Origin: an uncultured virus (IMG/VR IMGVR_UViG_3300020183_006727)
Lineage: Duplodnaviria > Heunggongvirae > Uroviricota > Caudoviricetes
IMG/VR virus record: IMGVR_UViG_3300020183_006727
Direction: 5' to 3' (one strand)
DNA length: 62,775 nt
Shown: piece by piece, positions 44,453 to 57,400 of the stretch
How positions within the stretch are numbered: position 1 is the first letter of the stretch
Layout: every line of letters begins with the position of its first letter
Position numbers and translations under genes: made by a program
Notes under the pieces: generated by a model
The model's input: the letters and a program-made list of their open reading frames with translations, nothing else
Databases searched by the model: none
What the model was told of the DNA's origin: nothing

Positions 44453-46782
44453 CACAGATTGTAACTACTTATGCACACTATGCAATAGATAGGAGATTTA
44501 TTGTAGATTTTTCCGGACTGAATATGTCCGAAGATTTTTTGGTTTCGTCTTTAGAAAATGCTTATGAATGGGGAATAAGAAGATTTGTGATATCTCCGTG
44601 TGGTTATGCAGTTGGAGTTGCTTCCGATCCATACTATGAAGCGCAAAATGAGATTTGTACATCTTGGCTCAATTTGGCGCATTCATTCATTCAGTCGTGC
44701 AGTCACCCCGTGACTGTTGGGGTACGTTATGATTTAGGCTATCATGCGGTCGCCCAAACTGGTTTACTCAGTGATAGTTTTATGAACTATGAGTTGCCCA
44801 AGCTTGTCAGCAATGGTATTACTGCCATAGTGTCGGACAACATACCAAAGCCATTTGACCCATATGACCCGTATGATAGTTGTACCAGTCATCTTTTGAA
44901 GCAAATACTTGAACAACACAAGTTATTTTATTTGTGGAGAGATAATTCTGGTAATCCGTATGTTTCTCCCAACGGAGCATGCGATTTGCCAGAGTGGTAT
45001 GATCTCCCAAGGGCGGTTTCTGACGGTATTTTACCAGTAAGTGGATGGGCAAGTGCGAATGTGAGGTCCTCAGTTGAATCAGTTTTGAAGATAGAATCAG
45101 AAGACTTGGTAGATCGGGTGGTGCGTTCTTGCTCAAATTGGGGATATGTGCCCTGTTGGAGGCCTTCTATTACGTCTCTTTTGTTGAACTGGAAACACAT
45201 AATAGATGCTTATCTCGACGAAGAGCGTAGCGTTAAGGACTTGGGCGCAAGAGCTAAGAAAATTGTTGTTCCATCGTTAGCCGGTCGCAGGTCTCATGTC
45301 GGTGTTGGTTCTTGCCAGTCATTTTTTAGCAGTATCGCCAAATCTATCCCGAGCATAGTTGCTCCCGCAAACATAGATTGTTCTAGTAGTGGCAATGGCG
45401 CAGGTGGTGTTTGTCATTTGCCTTCGTATTACGCAGCAAGGCAGGAGTACTATGAAGATCCGCTTATGCCATTTGTACATGCCGGGTTGTCGTCTTCCAA
45501 GATTTCTTCGCCATCTGCATATGGCTCTTATGGTGCGGACAAAGCAGCTGATGTTGCCATAGGTATTCTTGCAGAAGAGTGGAGTGACCATCCTCAACGC
45601 GATTACATTGGGGAGTTTGCTTCTGTGTTAGTTTTTTCAGATTGGGGGCGTGGTGGCTCTTCACAAATTGCAGATGCGTATCACGAAGAGTGTCGTCTCA
45701 CCGAGCATGTTCAAGATGCTTTGTCTTTGCCACCATCTGGCAAATCAATACAGAGTCCTAGAGAGAGTTTGTTCAATCATCATGGAGTTGAATCTTGCAG
45801 ATCTTGGATGTCAAGATTCATATATAGATTTGAGACTATTCGCCAGCGGTGGGCTGTTTTCTTGGGTGTCAGCGTCCAGTCGCCATGGTGCGTTGTTTTC
45901 AAGTCAAGACTGCCCATAGACGTTAACAGTGCAGTATCTCAGCCAGAGGCTGTTGATGGTATTACATACTATGGCAACTGGGAAAGTCATTTTTTTGATA
46001 GCAGGTGGGGGCAAGAAATTATTGCTAGTATATTTGGCTCAGATAAGACTTTAGCAGAATGTGCCGAATTTTCTAGAATGTACTCAGTAAAATCTTATTT
46101 GCCGAGTGGTCAGCTAAATAAGACATTCATAGCCAACAATGTTTTTCAAAACCGATCTGCATTTGATTTTGTTGGCAACAGGGCGTTTGCAAAGTGGTAC
46201 ATGGACGTGTCTAGAGCCGCCGCTGCTTTTGCTCTAGACGAGTCTGTAGGAAAAATGTTGGTACATCATTTTGTTGGATGTTCTGTTTCTTCTCCAGGAT
46301 TGACGCCGCAATCTTCTCAAAATATATGCGATCACAAAGACGGATATCCGCTATTTAGCATGATTCAGCATGAACCTTTTGGTTCTAAATCGTTGACTGC
46401 ATCTCCACGAATAGGCATTCCGCATGTGGGCATATTCGGACAGGGGCATAATGATGTTCCTCTACTGCCAAACGGAACGCGCGTGTTGACTAAGTGCTCA
46501 TCTAATGGAGACCAACTTCTAGACTGGTACCTCTCTTCTCCTGTTGGTGACTGCGCATGGCGTTTTGGCGGTGACAGAGAGGAGTTTGGTTTTGGCATGG
46601 ATGACTCTGGCGTTCCTGGGGGTGATGATGGAGAGGAGGCTAACCCTCAGGCCATTCAGGGATTTACGGGCGGGGCTGCTCATCCTCCAGACCAGGCACT
46701 GTGGTGGGGCGTTTATACTGGCAATTTCAACCCAACTGTTTACCTGCAAACTTTCAAGCCTGATGATGAGGAAGATTCCTGA
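44449..46782 (+). CDS. Two-domain glycoside-hydrolase-like (TIM-barrel-like) protein, protease-free paralog of 18799-24501 (777 aa)
   Basis: ENAYEWGIRRFVISPCG versus ESASSAGYGRFFMVSPMG; YGADKAAD versus VGAEKAAD; NRAFAKWY versus NRAFSLWY. The fold assignment is an inference. Confidence 0.55.
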   Translation: MTQIVTTYAHYAIDRRFIVDFSGLNMSEDFLVSSLENAYEWGIRRFVISPCGYAVGVASDPYYEAQNEICTSWLNLAHSFIQSCSHPVTVGVRYDLGYHAVAQTGLLSDSFMNYELPKLVSNGITAIVSDNIPKPFDPYDPYDSCTSHLLKQILEQHKLFYLWRDNSGNPYVSPNGACDLPEWYDLPRAVSDGILPVSGWASANVRSSVESVLKIESEDLVDRVVRSCSNWGYVPCWRPSITSLLLNWKHIIDAYLDEERSVKDLGARAKKIVVPSLAGRRSHVGVGSCQSFFSSIAKSIPSIVAPANIDCSSSGNGAGGVCHLPSYYAARQEYYEDPLMPFVHAGLSSSKISSPSAYGSYGADKAADVAIGILAEEWSDHPQRDYIGEFASVLVFSDWGRGGSSQIADAYHEECRLTEHVQDALSLPPSGKSIQSPRESLFNHHGVESCRSWMSRFIYRFETIRQRWAVFLGVSVQSPWCVVFKSRLPIDVNSAVSQPEAVDGITYYGNWESHFFDSRWGQEIIASIFGSDKTLAECAEFSRMYSVKSYLPSGQLNKTFIANNVFQNRSAFDFVGNRAFAKWYMDVSRAAAAFALDESVGKMLVHHFVGCSVSSPGLTPQSSQNICDHKDGYPLFSMIQHEPFGSKSLTASPRIGIPHVGIFGQGHNDVPLLPNGTRVLTKCSSNGDQLLDWYLSSPVGDCAWRFGGDREEFGFGMDDSGVPGGDDGEEANPQAIQGFTGGAAHPPDQALWWGVYTGNFNPTVYLQTFKPDDEEDS

Positions 46783-48497
46783 TGAGGGTTTTAATACCAT
46801 CAAACAGGCTTGGGTTCAGGTGTGGTTCACCGCAACATGCAGATTCTATAGAATGCTTATGCAATACATCAGCTGTACCGTATGGTGTTGTTGGCTATGC
46901 ATCTGTTCAATCGCTAGCTTCTGTTGGGTGCATCGTCACGCCGTGCATTGACGGATTTGCTGGTTCTTATAGAAATGGAAACGGCTTGCCAAGTTTACAC
47001 GACAAGTTGTCTAGCAGCCAATTTCTCGATTGTGAAGGGGAAAATCTATTTCTGCAGCCAAACTCCGACTATATGGAGTTGCTGACCAGAAGAAGGTTTA
47101 ATGCTCAAGAAGTGATCAATGGCATGACTTCTGAGTCTGGTGGCCACCTGCGTAGAGCATATGAAATAGTTCGTGGCTTCAGGAGAATCGAAGGAGTGTC
47201 CAACACTTCTTTGACATCCGATGAAATGTATTTTTCTATTATTGAGTCTTTGATTATGGACGTCAGAAGAAATTGCGATTTAGCTTTGGCTGCCACACGG
47301 AAAAAGACTAGTGTGATACCTTTGGCATGTGCGGATTTTATAAGTTCGGATTCAACAATGACATTTGGCGCGATCAGAGACGCCGCCTTTAGGGTTGGCA
47401 ACAGCAATTTCAGGTCAGAATTGCAAAGAAACCTTGCCATCGCTTGTGGCATATCTGGATTCGGCCTGAAGATGCCATTTATGGAAAGCTTAACCTCTTC
47501 CAAAGGCCAGTATTTGTATAACGTAAACTCGCGAGGCAACTTCTTTGTTCACATGAGTTCTGGTATGCCACACGGCTGGGTAAATTTGATAAACTCAACC
47601 AAGCTCCCTCAAGGCGCCACGTTTAGGGCAGTTGGGGCAAAAGATGCAAAGCCAAATTTTCAATATCAAATATTAGCTGATTCTTGCAAGTTGGCAGCTA
47701 GGGAGTCTGGTCTTTCTTTGGCACGTTTCGCAAAAACCATAGGTCAGCAAGATTCTATCATACTTTGCGTGTCTTCAGTCTTATCGAATGCCCTGATGGG
47801 CAGTTCGTGGTATGGTATATTACCGATACCAGAATATTTTATAGATGAATACATAAGACCACTATTGCGTGGAATTCACGACGGTGGTGGTAAGGTGGTG
47901 TACTTTGTGATCGGTGACAATATGGAAGAAATCTTATCTGTAGCCACTTCAAGCTCCCATGCTGACAGATTTATAGCACGAAGATCTCTTGAGTATCAAT
48001 TTTTTGGAAGAAGGATGATTTCTGGTCCAATTGACGAAAAAAGAGATGAAATCGGTCACGAAAATGCACTTGGTTTTTCATGGGATCATATAGTTGCAGA
48101 TCCAGAGCATGGTAACTGCATGCATGATTTGTTTTGGACAGACTTGGACCTATCTCGCATGATGGACTGGAAAGGTACAATATCTTCTTGTGCAGACAAT
48201 CAGGCCGCATGGTCCTCTTTGAGGTTTATGCATCCTGAATTGCCCGCAAGAAATCCAGTGCACGGGATGTCCATAGTATCTGGTCGGTATAATAGCAAGA
48301 ACGCAAATTCTGTTGCTTCTGGTGCACTCCTCAACACAAGGCAAATTGTTGCCATATTGAGATGGGAAATGGTAGAATGGACTCGTTGTCTGACCCGTCA
48401 TCTCAGGGCGCTCGCTGACACAAGCGCTAGATATGTTGCTTCAGAATCTCCTAGTTGGTCTGTTGACGCAGCAGGGGCGGTTGATATAGTGCGATGA
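46782..48497 (+). CDS. Hypothetical protein (571 aa)
   Basis: TGATG overlap upstream and ATGA overlap downstream; no confident family. Confidence 0.7.
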   Translation: MRVLIPSNRLGFRCGSPQHADSIECLCNTSAVPYGVVGYASVQSLASVGCIVTPCIDGFAGSYRNGNGLPSLHDKLSSSQFLDCEGENLFLQPNSDYMELLTRRRFNAQEVINGMTSESGGHLRRAYEIVRGFRRIEGVSNTSLTSDEMYFSIIESLIMDVRRNCDLALAATRKKTSVIPLACADFISSDSTMTFGAIRDAAFRVGNSNFRSELQRNLAIACGISGFGLKMPFMESLTSSKGQYLYNVNSRGNFFVHMSSGMPHGWVNLINSTKLPQGATFRAVGAKDAKPNFQYQILADSCKLAARESGLSLARFAKTIGQQDSIILCVSSVLSNALMGSSWYGILPIPEYFIDEYIRPLLRGIHDGGGKVVYFVIGDNMEEILSVATSSSHADRFIARRSLEYQFFGRRMISGPIDEKRDEIGHENALGFSWDHIVADPEHGNCMHDLFWTDLDLSRMMDWKGTISSCADNQAAWSSLRFMHPELPARNPVHGMSIVSGRYNSKNANSVASGALLNTRQIVAILRWEMVEWTRCLTRHLRALADTSARYVASESPSWSVDAAGAVDIVR

Positions 48498-51400
48498 AGT
48501 CTGACTACGATCAGTTCGACCTACTCAACAGACTCGTACAGGACGGGTATGTTAAGATCACCAGGGGTTCCTTGGGGGCAACCTCGTCGTCCTACGCACC
48601 TATTGCCTATCTAGAGGGTCTATCTTCGGATCCATTAAAGGCGCAGCCATTGTCTGGAAACCTGTCTTCTGGAGTTGCCCCCGATGTAAAAACAATTGGG
48701 TTGGACTCTTCAAATACGGGGGTTGGTCTATCGGTTGAGACTGGCTCTGCTGTAATTGCTGGGGCTTTTGATGCTGGCGCTAGTGTTGTACTCATTGATT
48801 CAGGTGGCTTCACAAGAACTGATTTTGATTTCATAGCAAGATCCGTGATGGGCGTAAGTTGTGTGCTTTCAAAGCAGGTAGTCACAACTTTTGAAGAAGC
48901 AAAAAACGCCGTACTTTTGGCTGCATCTGCAACCATGGGATGCCAGGTTGATGTGCTAGTCAAGCACGACCATAATCATTTTGTGAAGTCTGATCGAGGG
49001 AACCTTGGAGAAGCACTGTTTATTTTGTACCAAGTTTTGGGTTCTGATTATGGGATCAACCCAATATCTGTATATGACAATCTTTTTTCTGACAATTCAT
49101 TTGATTATGACACCGATCTTTTACGCATATTTAAGAGTGATGGTGATTGGGGTGTCGGGGCAACTGCAACCCATTTCAATATTGGCAGACCATTCCTAGC
49201 GGCGGCCCACAGGCTCAACTTGCAAGAATCACTGTTCGCCGCAGCAGGATGCAGGTTGAACTGCGATTTCGATCCTTGGCCTGCAGTCGATTTCATGTCC
49301 CTTGATGATTTCAATGGTTTCAACATGTGGGAAAATGGGTGGGACGAGAGCGAGACATCATCGGGAGGCTACCTTTGGCTGAGAGGATGGCCATATCAAA
49401 AGCCATCTGGGATAAGCACCATCAGCAGGAGGGTGAGGCCGTTTGTAGTCATGGACAGGTGGGGCAGTCCACACCCCACAGCACCGTTTGATTATGATTT
49501 TGACAATCTCACGCTCATTTACAAGAGATTGAAATTGGAAGACGTAAATCATATTGTTCAAGATGTTAGCGAAGTATTCACTTGTCAAAAAGATGCACAA
49601 ATAAATAGCATATGTGTTGATGCTTCTGCTGGTAATTATTCATTTAAGGTTACTGATCCAGCTTTTGCCGGAGATGGCAACCGCCCTCAAAATTATGCAG
49701 TAAACAGGTGGCTCATCAACAGTCACAGCAGCACGCCACTTAGTTCTCAGCTCCCATGGTCTAGTGGAATCACACATGGTGTTGCTAACGATGCTGTCAG
49801 AAAAGCCATCGACGGTAGCAACATGAACGACAGCATAATGCCTGGGCTTTTGTGTGACAGGGGTTATTTCGGGTTTGATACATCCAACAACCAGCCCAAG
49901 CCAATACCATCTGGCCAGAGGGGATATTATCCCGTTGATATCCCTTTTTGTCACTGGTGGAAAGGAGACTCTCGTTCTCGCGTTGAGCCATCTAACCCTG
50001 ATTCTTGGAGATATCCAGTATGGTTTCAGCCAGATCTGGAGGAGTATACATACACTGATAATGCTGGAGTGAGCAGAACCGTTCGTCTGCCATCGCTTTT
50101 TCACGATAATCTGATCAAGTTCTATTGCGGGACTCTCGATGCCAGTGGACAACCGACCGCAAACGGTGGTGGATTCATACAGTATATGATCAGGAAGCTT
50201 TGCTCGTATGCGAAGCAGTCACCGAACGTTCCGAATGTGAATGCGATTGGTCAAGGGCTATTTGCAAATGTTGATGCTTTTGGCAATGGCTCAAACCCAT
50301 ACAGGCTGCCATTTGACCTATCTAGGGATGGCAACCTTCTTGACTACATCGTTTATGATTTCATAGTTGAGTTCGGAGGAGACAAGACTGGCACGCTTTG
50401 GGATTGGATACAGTTGGTGCGCGGCTATGGACTGATGGATGAATGGTTGACCAGGCAGTCCAGCAAGCCAAAATGGAGCAACCTATCTTGGAACGGCTTT
50501 ACTGGTGTGAGATCTATACTAGAAGCAGGGAATGGCAGATACGGGTCTGGTTTGACTGGCTCTGGGAGCATATCTGAAGGGCTCCGGTCTCTGGCTGAGA
50601 CTCGATGGGACGGCTCGGTAGAGCATCCCATGCTGAGTCGTCTCCAGCTTGTGGTTTCAATACTAGAAAATGAAGTTTTTGCGCTCATGACCAAAGCCAT
50701 AGAGGTGACTCTGAAGGCAGAAGGGTGCATGCGTCCAGAAAGTAGCCTTCCATATTATGGCTACCAGTGTGTTTCAAGATTGGATGCAGACACCACTTTT
50801 AAGGTTGGCCAGTTCCCTGAGAAATATGGAGAAAACTACACATCGATATCTGTAGGTCATTCGCCAATCATATTCTACACCTTGAAAGACGGGTCTTTGA
50901 GATGGGTTACCACGCAAGGTAATTTTGCAGGATATGATCTGCTGCCACCTCCTGAACTTGCTTCTCTCAAATACAAGCAGATAGCAGTTGGATATGGTGT
51001 TGTTGCCGGTTTGACAACAGATGGAAATGTTGTGGCATGGGGTGGACCTGCTCAAGAGCATTGTGATGTTACTGCTTCAAAAGCTGCCGACGCCTTCACA
51101 GAACAGTTGAATTCACTTGGTCGTAAGGTCAGGAAAATTGCTGCAGGTGGATCTCATTTCTTGGCGCTGTTGGACAACGGATCTGTAGTTGCCTGGGGAG
51201 ACAATTCATCTGCTCAGTTGAGCGATCCCAACACAGTTTGGACCAGGGTGGGAAGTATACCGAGACCCATCGTAGGAGATGCGACGCTCATAACAAATTA
51301 TATTCCATACATTGACTTCGAGTACAAGCAAGACGCGTCCTCATATCTGGGGTATTTCCCCTGCATCACAGATGATCAGGACAGTTGCGTTCTTGATGCT

Positions 51401-54400
51401 TCTGGCGACCCTGTGCTGCAGGGCAATTCTTGCCAAACCAGCCCTCAAAACAGGCGGTATAGGCTTTTCAGGTTCAATGCTTTGGGGTGCCCGTTCCGTG
51501 GCGGCGATCTTCCCAACAGTAATTTTGACACTCCAGCTCCATCGTATCCTGCTTCGGGTTCAACTTCTTGGGCAGGCCTAAATTGGGCAGTACATACTGG
51601 TGCTCCCAACGACTACCAGTTTGCCAGGTCAACTGTTTCTTCTGGTGTCAATGCCAGCCTCAATGGATCTTGGATTAGGTCTACAGCAAATATACTCACA
51701 GGCGGCAGTCAGGGCTATACAGATACCTCAGGAAGTTTGATATCCAATTCAATATTTGGAACATCTGGCCAGTCGTATGTTGACATCGCTGCTGGCAGGT
51801 TTCACAATCTTCTTCTCACGGACGATGGGAATATAGAAACATGGGGCGGCAATTTTTTCTATGCTGTTACGGGTAGCGGGCTTCAGACCAATGGATATGT
51901 TAGGATGGGGTCGGGAAGGTCCAATGACACTTCTGAATCCTCAACCATGGTTGAGGCCTCAACCAGCAAGTGGATAGAAAATGGCAGGGAATATCCATAT
52001 CCAAACGCACCCGCTGGCGATAATACAGCTCCAACTGTAAAGACCCTAAAAACCACTGCAAATTCAGTTTCTGCAATATCATGCGGATATTACAATAACT
52101 ATGCAATCAAACCAGATGGTTCTATATTTGCATGGGACAGGAACGAATGGGGAGAATCTCTGCCGACTGGCAATATCCCAGCAGGTCCATTCAAGCAGGT
52201 GGCTGGCGGTTACCACCATGCAGTTGCCCTGCGCAGAGACGGAACTGTTGCCTGTTGGGGAGAAAATAACGACGGTGAATGCAACGTGCCAACGCAGTTT
52301 CAGAATGCCACGACCTCTAACTGTGTTTGGGTTGGCGCAGGTCAAAGATTCACCGTTGCGCTCAAAGCAGATGGCACACTATATGCCTGGGGAGACCTGT
52401 CGAAATTGGTTTCGTCTGGCACCCAAGGTATGCGGATCTCCCTTGCGGAGAGAATATATCTTCCAGGAACTCCGCTAATTTCTGCCCATCCTGGCTCTGA
52501 TGGCACCATGTCAAATCAACTTAGTTGGCAGGGCAAGTATTCTCTTTTTGAATGCTCCGGAGACATTCCCACTGAGATTATCTATAGCGGCCATGGTCAG
52601 TACTGGCTCTACACGTCGTTCGTTGATGTTCCTAATATGCAGAGTGGTCTGATTAATTCTCTTTATCATGGTTCTAATCTATATAAAGTGGGAACAATAG
52701 ATGACAGGGGTTCTTGGCCGCTTGTTTTGATGGGAGGTTCTGGTAATTACGGTGGCTTCTTGAAGCTGAAAACGGATGGAACATTGTCAAGTGGAGTAGA
52801 TCCACTTGACAGGTCTGGGCCTGAGGCGGAATTCAACCAAAATCAGTTGCCAGGGTCTAGGCTGACATGGGTGGGTAACGGCGCCAGGCAGAATGTTCCA
52901 ACCGCAAACGGATTCAGTTCATTTACCAAGGCACCAGCTCTCGTAGGTTCTGGTAATTTTGTATCTCCTCCAACTCCAGCACGTAGTGCCATGGAGCCAT
53001 TCGCTGATCTCAAGTATGGCATCTACGTGATCAAGCAGTGCGCCTACAGCCATCCATCGCAAACTTGTCTTGCATGGGTCGAGTGGCCTGGCGGCCATGG
53101 CCGTCCAGATGTTTCTCCAGTTGGATTCATATGGAATGAGGCGGACAGGCAACTTCCAGACGACGAGAGTTGGTCCAGTCGGTGGTATGGAGGAGGCGTG
53201 CGCAGCAGGGAGCTCGTGCACGGCTGGATGTGGTGGGAAAAGTTGGTTCATGCCATGCTGGTGGCTCAGGGTAACCCTCTATTCACATTCTGGTATGGAA
53301 GCGCAGAAAGAATATTCACAGGCAAATATGCAGCCCTTCCCGAGGGCATAGACGACACGGTGTTCAACAACACCACAGTAAACGCGGTTTTGGGCGACAT
53401 AGAGCGCGCTGTTGGCTCACGTCGTCGTTGGAGCCTTGCCTTCCGTCATGAGTATCAGTTCAGTTTTGCTGAAACAGATTCTTCCGACACGGCTGCGTCT
53501 CTTGTGGGTGGAACCATACCACCTCTCACTCCTGCGCAGATGAAGCCATGCATCACGTGTGTCAAGGTGGAAGAGGCAGATGACGGCTCATCTCCTGCGT
53601 ATTTGCTCTTCAGACTTTCTGTTCCCACGCCGACCGAAGTCCCCGATATAAGTCCTAATGAGCAGTATCCTCCGAATAACAGGATACTGAATCTGAAGAA
53701 ATTCGTTGTTTCGGTCATGTCTGGATCGGATGAGATTGCCAGATTGCGTCCGAATCCGAAGCGTCCTTGTGGCATGTGGTTTAGTATGCCATATGAGGAG
53801 GGGATGACTCCGCCCACGTTCGAGATGGTGGAAGACACTGGGTTGGTCAGTCGACGAGATGGCTTGACCACCCACAGGCTCGAAGGAACCAAGATCGCAG
53901 GGTATGCAAATGAATCTGCGACGACACCTAGTGTTAAAGATACCTCTTGGTATAGAGACTCTAGGTTCAGCCTTCATACCCAGTGGAGTGGACTCAACTG
54001 CGTTTTGCTCTATGATCAAAATGTCAGGAACATGCTGGGTGCTGTCACAAACGGTTCTGACTGCGAGGTTTGTCTGCTGAGCAACTGCTCTGCTCCAAAT
54101 CTTTCTCCCGCATCCCTGTCATTCTATAAGCGTAAGCACCTCACTGGGCCCTCGACATTTGAGCGGCTTTCTTTGCCATCCTGTGGTGCAGCCACTATTG
54201 CCAAGTTGACTGGCGCTCGTGCTGCTTTCAAAGCTAATTTCGATATAGATGCTCAGGTCAGGGCTGCAGCACAATGGAATCCTGATTTTGCAATTGTATT
54301 TTTGCGGAGTTCGGACGAGCCGATGTGGTTCCCCAAGCCCGCCTCGACACCATCTCCAGATTGGGATTGGAGCAGGGACGATGCTGTTTTTGATCAGTGG

Positions 54401-57400
54401 AAGTTGTTCGCAAACGATGGAACTGTGGCGACAGCGGTTGGAATGGCTATGAATCCCATGTCTGAGTATGTGACGGCGTCGGTCAAATACGGTATTCGCT
54501 TGGTTGCGTACTTCAAAATGTTCTCTTCTGTTGAGTTAGATGTTCAGGCCAACAATACAAATTCTAGTTTGAATAGGTTTGGTCTTTCCGCGCCTGCTGG
54601 TGGATGGAGGATATCAGAGGTTTTCCACAAGGCTACTGATATATTTGGCAATCTGATCACTGTAAGTGAGCATGGCAATTCTGGCATGACTCTCTTGTCC
54701 ATCATCTCTCCGTCGACAAGATTTTTGATGGCTGATTGGTGCAAAGAAGTTGCAAGACAGGGCATGGCAAAGGATGGTTCTGGAAACCCAATTCTTGGCT
54801 CTGACGGATATCCGCTTGGTGTTCGCGGTATGTATTGGGATAGCATGCCGATAGACCCATTCAGGGGAGACTTCTCTGAAGATACCGTGAGTTGGGCAAC
54901 GTATGAGGGTCTTTTTAACAACAGCAGACCCCCAGGCCAAATACCCAAGCCAGATCCATCGATTTTCCCATTTCCCCTCACTAACGCAAAAGTTTCAGCC
55001 AACCCAACTCTTGCCCCCCTACGAAATTGGCTCAGCAGTCAAAACACAACAAATATAACTGATCTTCTCTCTCTTGACAATCCTGCTGTTGGCTGGGCAG
55101 AATCAAGCCAGGCCAGCCCTGTTACTTTTAAATCTGAAGTCCGAAGATACTTGGAATGGTTGAGGAATAAGGAAAAAGACTTCATGAAGTTCATCGCGGA
55201 CACGATGAAGGCTTATGGGCATCCAGATTTTGCAATCATTCCATCTGGCATACATTCTGGTCATTCCTCATCAATTTTTGCCAATCAGCATGACTCTGCA
55301 TATTACTCTGCTGGCTTCAAGTCTGAACTTGGTGTGGAACAGATATTTGACTTGCGGATGCCAATCAACAATACCAACCAAGCAACTCCTCCTGACATGT
55401 GGTTGGCACAAATTGCAGACATGCTGATGTCAAGGAGCAGGGATGGCAAGCCCTCCCTGATGTGGCAGCCGCTGTCTCTGTGGAGCCCCTCAGAGGCAGA
55501 TGCGCTCCAACCTCCAACGGGCACACAACAGAGTTTGGTGACATGCACAAGCAATTTGGACACCGCCTATCAGCAAGCGAACGGCAGATCTACATTCTTG
55601 AGCGGGAAGGGGATTGTCCGCGACCATGCAATCAGGGGTTTCCTGGAGAACAAACTGCTCATAACATGGGCATGCGGTAACATTTTTGATGCAATGTATT
55701 TCTCTGGCGCTGGATATTCAGGAGAAAATCCTGATTCCTTAACGGGGGTGGAAAACAACGACACTTCAGTGCCTTCGGATAATGCCTCTGTATACGTCAG
55801 AAGGCTGGCATCCATGGTTTCAAGTCTTAAGGACGGTGGCTTGCCCAGAGCCAAGAGAAGTAGGGTACCCTGGGTGGCAGTGGTTCACAGCCCAGAGGCT
55901 GCTTTTGGAGCTTCCATACAGGGAAATATTGCAAATGTCAAGTGGCAGCAATACTATTGGCCACTCATGGGTGCAATTCATACATGTGTGGAGAATGGCG
56001 TGCCTGTTTCTGTGGTGCAGGATGACTCTCTAGACCTTTATGATGAATTGGGGATTGGAGTTTTGGTTATACCTTTTGCCCGTTCTGCAGTTCCAGCAGC
56101 AACTGCTAAAATATTGAATAGGTTCAATGGCGGTGTCATATGGATGCAGGAGGAGTTCCTCGACAGTCCTGATCCTAGAGCTGGAACTGGGTACACGCCG
56201 CCGCTAGCAACCCTCAAGAATGAGTTTCATGACACCTCTCTCATGGCTGGCTCGTCCATAACCAAAGCGAAGAATGCCAGAAATCTTCTCTGGAATCTAA
56301 TAACCATCCGTGGGGGTGAGCCGCCCATCTCGGTGACAATTGTGCCAACTTCGTCTAGCCCAACTCCTGATCCTCTCGCTGTTCCATGTCACGGATTTGA
56401 GGTGTGTGTTGGAGACGGTAGTGCGCAACACGTGATAATCACATCAGCTACAGATTTTGGCTGGACGGACATGACGAAGCACATGAACCCGCTCCAGTAT
56501 TCAACACGCAGGCATCTTTTAGAAAACATTCCTTCAGGTGCAAGACCAATACTCAGCATGTGCAGTACATCAGCGTTTGTCACAGCTGACAGCTTCTACA
56601 AGACCACCTATACAGGATCTGATCAGCTCATTCCGCTCGAGCACATGCCCTTGCTGGGTAAGTTGAATTTCTATGCAGGTACTCCAAGAACATGGGATAG
56701 ATACGTCAGATTCGATTTCAAGTTCTCATCAACACAGTTGCCCGTGCGTGCAAGACAGTTCCTACTCAACAAGGAGCGTGGAAAATTCGATCCAATAGAC
56801 ATGGTAATAGAGGGTGGCTATTCAGAAATGAACGATATGATTGGGGAACGCACCGTCGAAGGTGTGTCAATCATCCCATGTTCATATGATCTTGGGTCGG
56901 TAATAGACGTGCAGTTGCGCAATAGGATCAAAGATGACGATGTCACTGAATTTATAGTCAATGCAGGGCAGGGGTCTTATGGTAATCCGTGCTCCAATCC
57001 AGGGCTTTCTTGCAACTTCATAGGTAGGTTGAGGTGCCTGTTTGACGGGCTGGCGACTGCAGCAACAGAAGATGACAAGATCATCGTGAGAATGTACTGT
57101 GATGGACCCGAGAATGACCCCGATGTATCCAAGATAGTTCTTGCAAAGCAGATTTTTGAAGATCTGCGCGAAAGTGTTGTTGCGAACCCATCGACTTGGC
57201 AGCGTGTGATCGATGAGCCAAACAGCTTAACAGGTTTTTCTTCGTATTGCCCATTCGGATTTGTGGTTGCGAGGGACAGGGTGGGCAACCCCTCCAGCCC
57301 TACAGACATCACCAGAATTATCACCGGTGTTGAGTTTCGAGGGAATTATGGCATTTCAATCCTTGCAGGTATGCTTCCATCCATTTCTGGGATGGTGCCA

